DNA of 60,541 nucleotides from Octopus bimaculoides (lineage: Eukaryota): NCBI RefSeq assembly GCF_001194135.2, contig NC_069007.1, forward strand, positions 1,405,754 to 1,466,294. Reading direction: 5' to 3'. This document shows positions 53,150 through 60,541 of the stretch, piece after piece (the stretch's first letter is position 1; every line of letters begins with the position of its first letter). Below the pieces are notes generated by a model. It was given only the letters and a program-made list of their open reading frames with translations. It was not told where the DNA came from and made no database searches. The position numbers were made by a program, and so were the translations under genes.

Positions 53150-53460
53150 TTTTGCAGCGAGCTGACAGAATCGATAGCATACTAAGAGAAATGCTTCGCG
53201 GCACATGTGCCAGGATTATAAACCGAAACCGTTCATCTGATTCTCCTTATCTCACTAGGTTCAACGCAGCGAGCTGAGAGAACCGTTAACACGCAGAGGC
53301 AAATTCTCAGCGGTATTTTATCCATCTTTGTGTAGAGTGTTCAAATTCCACCGTGGTCGACTGCACATTTCAATTTTGCAGAGTCGACAAGAAAACAGGG
53401 TCAATATAATCGATTTACCCCTCCCACACAATTCCAGCCAGTGTGCCTATATCGAAAAGG
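53150..53460 (+). mobile_element. Degenerate SINE A with duplicated head and flank
   Basis: gttcatctgattctccttat...gcagcgagctga occurs twice (~53118 and ~53231). Confidence 0.75.
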
Positions 53461-53729
53461 GTTACTTCAGTAGAGTTAGTTTCGTTGTGTGCTATCTCTA
53501 CAAAAGTAGGATCTTCTCCCCATGCCTTGTAAACTAGTAGTGTTTTAGTTATATTTATAGTTTTATCTTTACGTTTTATTTGCTTCAGTCTTTGAGGCAA
53601 CGCCTTGAATAAATAGTTAAATCAAACAAACCGATCCTAGTATTGATGCCTTTCTTTTTATTTTTCGGACTAATGTTAATTCTATCGCAAGTTTATGCCA
53701 AATCAATCAGATAGGGAGATGTTAAGAAA

Positions 53730-53776
<47 letters not shown>

Positions 53777-54108
53777 CGAACGGGAATAGAAATATTAGAA
53801 ATTTCTACTACTAGTGGCCTAGCGTGTACACATTTAGTCCAATGACCATATGATACTCATAAATATAAATAGAGTGTATATTTAAACACATAACAGGTAT
53901 CCTTCATAGGATTCCCTTACACTATTAGAGGTAAAATTTCGAAAGCAGTGAAATGAAAATAAAAATAAAAACATTTACCATCTAGTTGGTAGATACTTTT
54001 ATTTCCATTTCATTCCTTTCGAAATGTTATTCCTAATAATGTTTGTGGAACTTACCTGTTCTTTCTAGTGTGAGGGAATCCTATGATAGATACCTCTTAT
54101 GTGTTTAA

Positions 54109-54129
<21 letters not shown>

Positions 54130-54155
<26 letters not shown>

Positions 54156-54345
54156 TCCCGCACCATCGCTTGGCAACCAATGTCAGTGTGTTTACTTCCC
54201 CGTAATCTAGCGGTTTGGCAAAAGAAGCCGATAGAATAAGTACCAGCCTTAGAAAGAATACGTCATCAGGTCGATTTTTTTTCAACTAAAAGGCGGTGCT
54301 CCAGTATGACTGCAGTCAAAATGACTGAAACAAATAAAAAAATAA
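54130..54345 (+). mobile_element. SINE family B 3' half
   Basis: (TG)n-tttgtcccgcaccatcgcttggcaacc...gatagaataagtacc...ggcggtgctccag...gactgaaacaaataa. Confidence 0.88.
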
Positions 54346-54754
54346 AAGCATATATACCTACAATCAAACATACATCACACATTATTTCGAGAATTTTAGA
54401 AAAAAAAATAGAAACCTGAACAATAACAATGAGCTGTTGATACGAATTTTACTTTTGACACGATTGCCGATCGATATCCACAAAATACATATAAGTTATA
54501 TTTCTGTGAAATATGAAGTTTATATTTGCAATTCGTGACTGACGGATCCGTTGACATATCTGCTTAAATTATATTTGAACTGTAAGTTCCATTATTTGCT
54601 TCCGGCAAAAGAAAGAAGATTGTGCCATTGAAATGCACTCAGTCACCACAAACAGAATTGTCTATGTCTATTGGTATAATACGTTTTGTTTTAGTAAGTA
54701 TGCCTCGAGTTGTTTATGATTCAGCTACTCTCATAACATTATATATGTACATAT

Positions 54755-54791
<37 letters not shown>

Positions 54792-54934
54792 TATATATGT
54801 ATATATATACTGTATATATATGTGAAAATGTCTATATATACGTGTGTGTGTGTGTGTGTGTGTGTGAACATGTATATAGGTGTATATGTGTGTGTGTGTG
54901 TGTGTATGAAAAAATGTAAATATAAATTTCATTT

Positions 54935-55092
54935 CCCACAGGGGGCTAAACATAGAGGGGACAAACAAGGACAGGTAGGGGAATTAAGTCGATTACATCG
55001 ACCTCAGTGATTAACTGGTACTTATTTAAGCGACCCCGAAAGGATGAAAGGCAAAGTCGGAATTCGAACTCAGAATGTAACAGCAGACGAAA
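54935..55092 (-). mobile_element. SINE family A with the ctaaacatagaggggacaaacaagg-type tail
   Basis: Tail matches the reverse complement of 43135-43180; core gaaaggatgaaaggcaaagtcg. Confidence 0.88.
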
Positions 55093-55100
55093 TACCTAAA

Positions 55101-55460
55101 TGCCATATTTAAATGGGCTGAAGAAAGCAACATTCAATTTAATGTACGTTTAATTCCGAGCCCTCTGCTACAAGCTAATTGCTGCTCACAAGCTGCAACA
55201 ACGATACCTTGGACCAAAAGGAGCAGGAATCCCAGATTCGCTTACAGTGCGTGATCTGGAGAATGATATGAGCAACATCCCTCGTTTCACGTACATATCA
55301 CCCATCTAGGGTGAGGATTACGTACTGCAGTAGTTCGGAATCCAAGGGCCTGCAGCTATTTAATGCTTTGCCAATAAATTTCAGGTAGGTGTTTTCAATA
55401 AACAACTTGATCTCCTGCAGTCCAAGTACACAGATGAACCTATATCAAGGTAAGAAACTG
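55101..55460 (+). mobile_element. Second CR1-like LINE fragment, heavily deleted
   Basis: AIFKWAEESNIQFN, VRDLENDMSN, QGP..LFNALP and DEP parallel the 35220-35720 fragment. Confidence 0.8.
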
Positions 55461-56559
55461 AAGAAGCTGTTAGCGGTGATCCAGCATGGCCACAGCCTTA
55501 GCACAGAAACGTATAAAGTAAATATGTAGATATACATATATATATATACATGTATGTGCGTTGTATGTGTGTGTGTGTGTTTGCGTGCGTATACCTGCAA
55601 ATTTCCATTTCGCCACGAGAGATATTTCTAACCATTCTCGAGGTACGTTGCTCATATCATTCTGGAGGACGATTCAAACAAGATGAATTATGATGAATAA
55701 TGATTTATTATTAGTCAAATACAGATACAAAACAGTTGCTAATTTTTGCTTTTTTAACATACCTTCATTTTGGGATGGTATGTGATATCTTTATTTTGTG
55801 GTATCAGTCAAATTTAGACCAACCATCCTGTTTCTCCCTCAGATTATATGGGGTCAGGGGTGAAATCATGCCTCGCAGAAGGTATATATTTTGGTGTCAA
55901 CTTTTAGGCAAAGGGAATTGGTCTTCCATCATAATATGATGAATATCAATACTAGAGAAAAACTGGAAACAGTAAAACCAACTAGAGTTTCACCACTGAT
56001 ATGAGAAGTATATAAGCTTCGAGTTATTGTAAATGTGCCTTCATATTAAACAGTATCGCTGGTTGAGGTTACCAGTCGTTTGTCCTCTTACCAAATTCAT
56101 AATTCGTTAGGTTTTGGCTTAAGTTACTGAGACAATTTTTGTAAACCTGCCTTCTGATAGACGAGGAAGTTAATACTTCCCATAAACTTCGATTAGATAA
56201 CTAAATAGTTCGCCTGCAATGAAGAGACTGGTTACGCAAAAATAACATAACATATTGGATTTATGCAATATTTATCACATATAGCGAGGATGGTCAATTT
56301 CGTCGCATGTAGTTTGGTGCAAAAATCGATAGAATCTCATATAAAATACAGAATAAATGTATGATTAATAAATATACGAACAAATAATCACATAGACGGA
56401 CCTTAATGAAGTTTAAATGTAGTTTGATCAAAACTACTTTTGCAGTTTAAATACCTAGCGATCGAATCGATATATACAATCTGTCACTATCTCTTTACGA
56501 CCGATAAGTACAAGACAATTACACGGGGCACCTTTGAGAAAGAGTGAAATGGTATATAT

Positions 56560-56835
56560 ACACACATACATGCATGCATATATATGTGTATGTATGTCTG
56601 TATGTGTTTTTGTGTATACATTTGTATATATATAAATATTTATACATACATATATATATATATATTTATGTATACACAAATATGTATCCATAGAAATACA
56701 TGTATACGTATACATGTATATATATATGTATATATATATATATATATATACACGAACATAAATATATATATATATGTATACACATATGTATGAAAAACAT
56801 CTGTACAAACATCAATATATATATACACACACATG

Positions 56836-56873
<38 letters not shown>

Positions 56874-57443
56874 TATGCATACATATACCTATATGTGTAT
56901 CTATCCATCGATTTCTTTCTCTTTCTCTGTGTGTTTGTGTATGTGTATATATATATATATATGCATGTATATCTATTTATCTCTCTAACTATATATATAT
57001 ATATATATNNNNNNNNNNNNNNNNNNNNNNNNNNNNNNNNNNNNNNNNNNNNNNNNNNNNNNNNNNNNNNNNNNNNNNNNNNNNNNNNNNNNNNNNNNNN
57101 NNNNNNNNNNNNNNNNNNNNNNNNNNNNNNNNNNNNNNNNNNNNNNNNNNNNNNNNNNNNNNNNNNNNNNNNNNNNNNNNNNNNNNNNNNNNNNNNNNNN
57201 NNNNNNNNNNNNNNNNNNNNNNNNNNNNNNNNNNNNNNNNNNNNNNNNNNNNNNNNNNNNNNNNNNNNNNNNNNNNNNNNNNNNNNNNNNNNNNNNNNNN
57301 NNNNNNNNNNNNNNNNNNNNNNNNNNNNNNNNNNNNNNNNNNNNNNNNNNNNNNNNNNNNNNNNNNNNNNNNNNNNNNNNNNNNNNNNNNNNNNNNNNNN
57401 NNNNNNNNNNNNNNNNNNNNNNNNNNNNNNNNNNNNNNNNNNN

Positions 57444-57480
<37 letters not shown>
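56560..57480. repeat. TA/TACA microsatellite field with a gap
   Basis: Direct reading; similar field at 59005-59345. Confidence 0.95.
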
Positions 57481-57482
<2 letters not shown>

Positions 57483-57998
57483 TGTTCGTTATAAATGTAT
57501 AAACGCTCAAGCACATGTATATAGTATACATAACATTATGTGTATATTTTCACATAGTCACATTGTCTGTTTGGTTGTTAGGTGAATAGTTATATAGATA
57601 GGTAAGGAAAGAGGAAGACAGGTTAATATAAGCTGTTCGTAGGTTTGCTTGCACTTATTCATATATTTATGATGGGTTATACCGTGTAAATATTACATTA
57701 CTGGAGAATATAGTGTAGAATTATTTAGCTATATATTACTTACGAATCTTTCAGTGAAAAAAATCAGTTATTACGTGTAATCGTTCTATAGAAGTCATTT
57801 TTTTTCAGAAGCATTATCAGAGACGGAGAACGACGCACAATAACAGGCATGTGTTGCTAGCCAGAGTTTTGAAAGAGTGTTTTAGTTGTTAAGGTGCAAA
57901 CTGATTCAGGTTTTTGGTTGAAGAGTTACTCTCAATATGCACATTCCTTTATTCCTCATAACAATTTTGGTGGCTTTAGCTGCTTAATCTTTATGTCG

Positions 57999-58313
57999 TG
58001 GCACTTCGTCGGTTACAACAACCAGGGTTCCAGTTGAGCACTCCACAGTCACGTGTACCCTTAACTTAGTTCTCGGGGGAATTCAGCGTGACACAGAGTG
58101 TGACGAAGCTGGCTCCTCTGAAATAGAGGTACGACAGAAACTGGAAGAAAGAGTGAGAGAAAGCTATGGTTCACCACTACCTCCTGCCGGAGCTTCGTGG
58201 AGCTTTAGGTGTTTTTGCTCAACAAATACTCACAACGCTCGGTCTGCAAATCGAAACTGCGATCCCACAATCTCGAGTACGCTGCCCTAACCACTGCGCC
58301 ATTGCGCCTCCAC
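57999..58313 (-). mobile_element. SINE family C (tRNA-derived head)
   Basis: Minus strand tgtggaggcgcaatggcgcagtggttagggcagcg (A box), gtttcgattt (B box), body shared with the 11365 copy, tail shared with the 4861 copy. Confidence 0.88.
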
Positions 58314-59019
58314 AATAATTATGTAGGAGGAATACGAGTAAATATGCCGTCATATCAGAGGAATGGTGAGTGAAGTATATTTATCTTAGTTAATCTATTC
58401 CTTGTAGAGCTAGGAGTGCAAGCAGTTTAGTTTGGCATAATCCTGTATAACGCGTGATGTTTCACTCATGCGAGATATAATCCCGGCAGACGACCGAGCC
58501 TTGCGGCGGCAGCCTTTGTAGTTTTGAGGGAAACATTTGGGATGTTAGGTTCACACAATGGAGAAAAGCGAGGGCTTTAACATATTACCTGCCTTCTCCA
58601 TGTATTCCACCGATATACCATTTAGAGGGAACAGTCTGTTTAGTGGATGTCTTAACTAGGAAATCTGGTATGGCTCTTAAGAAAGAAGTCAGAGATTTTC
58701 TGCCTTAGTCGTAAAATTAGTTACCAATGAAAGCGCCAGCTGATTTACAGACTTTACAGCCGTTTGCTTTCGTTATTTTTATAGCTTTTTGTTTGTTTTT
58801 ATACACATCAGTAAATATAAAATTATGCATCCGGGGGAGGGGATATTAGGATATGCACGTATCTTAACATTGAATTTTTATTGAAAATTTCAAGCCAGTG
58901 TGTCGTGTATGTGAATTTAAAGACTGAAATCTCTTATGGAATAACGTGAATCGGGCTGCGAAACATGTGTACGCTATATACAAAAACAATGTAACCTTAA
59001 AGCGCATATGTATATATGC

Positions 59020-59065
<46 letters not shown>

Positions 59066-59165
59066 ATGTGCGTGCGCTTGTGAATTCATATATGTGTATA
59101 TCTATAGATGTGTGTGTGTATTTCTACAAGTTCCTATTGTGTACATATATATATGTATGCATGTC

Positions 59166-59210
<45 letters not shown>

Positions 59211-59965
59211 ATATTTATATATGACATACACATATTCATATATAAACATACACATATTTATATACGTATATATATATATGTACACACACATACATACACA
59301 CACACACACACAGAAACATACACACACACACACACACACATACGCACACTCATGGAAACATATTCACGCACACTGCCAAGGTAAGGGAAACGAGAGAAAA
59401 CGATAGGAAGTTTGTGAAATACGCGTTAGGAATAGAAGGACAAAGAGATTTGAAGACGTCAAGATAAATGTATGCATGAGACGTTCACGATATGTTTCGC
59501 AAATGAATGCACACAAACAACATTCATTGAAATCTTTTCTTCTGTGAATATGAGAGTATATTGCGGATAACAGGTTCAATACAAGTCTTCCTATTGAAAT
59601 TAATGCGTATACTCAATGTCTTTGAGACGCTATCTGCCTTCAGTCGTAGAAGTAGAGAAACTTTGGAGCACTTGTACGAATTCATAACTTTCTATTTGTC
59701 ATGTGGTACACATATATTTATAAATATATTTGTGTGTGTGTGGGAGCGTGTATTATTACACAGACATACACACACACACACACTCAATTATATGTATATA
59801 TTTAGATATTCATAAGTTATGTAGGTATAAGTTAGAGGTGTTTAAAATCTCTAAGGGATGGTTAAATTCAAAGGCGCCCCTAGTGATTATCTGTGTAGGT
59901 ACAGTCCTTGGTAAAAGATATAAGGTAGCAGGTAATTCAGCAGGTAAACTGTAGTTTAAATTATA

Positions 59966-60133
59966 TGCAAGAAGAAAAGGGAGGGAAAATAACAGTAAGA
60001 AATTGGTCGTTTGCGCTAGTAAGCCACTAGTTTAATTAATTACTACCACTTTTCTTTATTAATTAATTAAATTAATGGCTTGCTAGAGCAAACGACCAAC
60101 TTCTTGTTATTTTTCCTCCATTTTCTTCTTGCA
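59966..60133. repeat. Long palindrome (~75-bp arms, ~16-nt spacer), MITE-like
   Basis: tgcaagaagaaaagggagggaaaataac...ttggtcgtttgcgctagtaagccac...ttaattaatta mirrored by taattaattaa...tggcttgctagagcaaacgaccaa...gttatttttcctccattttcttcttgca. Confidence 0.88.
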
Positions 60134-60499
60134 TTTTTAGATGTTTATACGTATGTGGAGAACGTTTTCTCTGTTGCCGTAACAATGGTTAAAACACCAT
60201 AATTTCCCAGTATTTTTCCTAGCTTTTCTTGCTCTTCAGCTGAATAGTACATGTCGAAAAGGTAGTAACTCTGTAGAGACTTCAAACTGTAGCTTTAACG
60301 AAAGCAGAGCCAACAACGTTGACTGAGTTGCGGTATTGGACTGCTACAGGAGGTAACACTGGGAATATATAGTGTTTTACGTCTCTTACCATAAGAGAGA
60401 ACTTTTTGTCAACGGTAACTGCAGCTGATTTGATTTTAGAATTCAAAATGTGTCACGAAAATATTTCAATACCGTAAAGTTGGCATGTATGTATGTATG

Positions 60500-60541
<42 letters not shown>

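Noticed and set aside
55834-60330. Short exon-like candidates at 55834-55872, 58344-58365 (ATGCCG...AATG|gtgagt) and 60240-60326
   Set aside because: They cannot be chained into a consistent reading frame or assigned to a known family

Overview
AT-rich eukaryotic scaffold with 12 N-gaps, dominated by microsatellites and tRNA-derived SINEs. The repeat complement (recalled from known octopus SINEs, not searched) points to a coleoid cephalopod, most likely Octopus. I could not support any host protein-coding exon. Nearly all listed ORFs are translations of (TA)n/(CA)n/(GAT)n repeats or of SINEs. The only clearly protein-derived DNA is two decayed CR1-like LINE reverse-transcriptase fragments (34826-35720 and 55101-55460). 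The window therefore reads as intergenic DNA or a large intron. It holds about 40 SINE copies in at least four families, which I label A-D, several with readable target-site duplications (TSDs). It also holds a palindromic MITE with 37-bp TIRs and a perfect 8-bp TSD, a Helentron/HINE-like element, and a second ~170-bp palindrome. The most interesting signal is a small repeat family carrying a Penelope-type minimal hammerhead ribozyme. One copy is joined to a tRNA-like Pol III head (34559-34825) and two more form an inverted pair (49706-49937). A pri-miRNA-like hairpin whose 5' arm resembles miR-184 lies at 1121-1210. Most repeat boundaries are approximate (about +/-10 nt).
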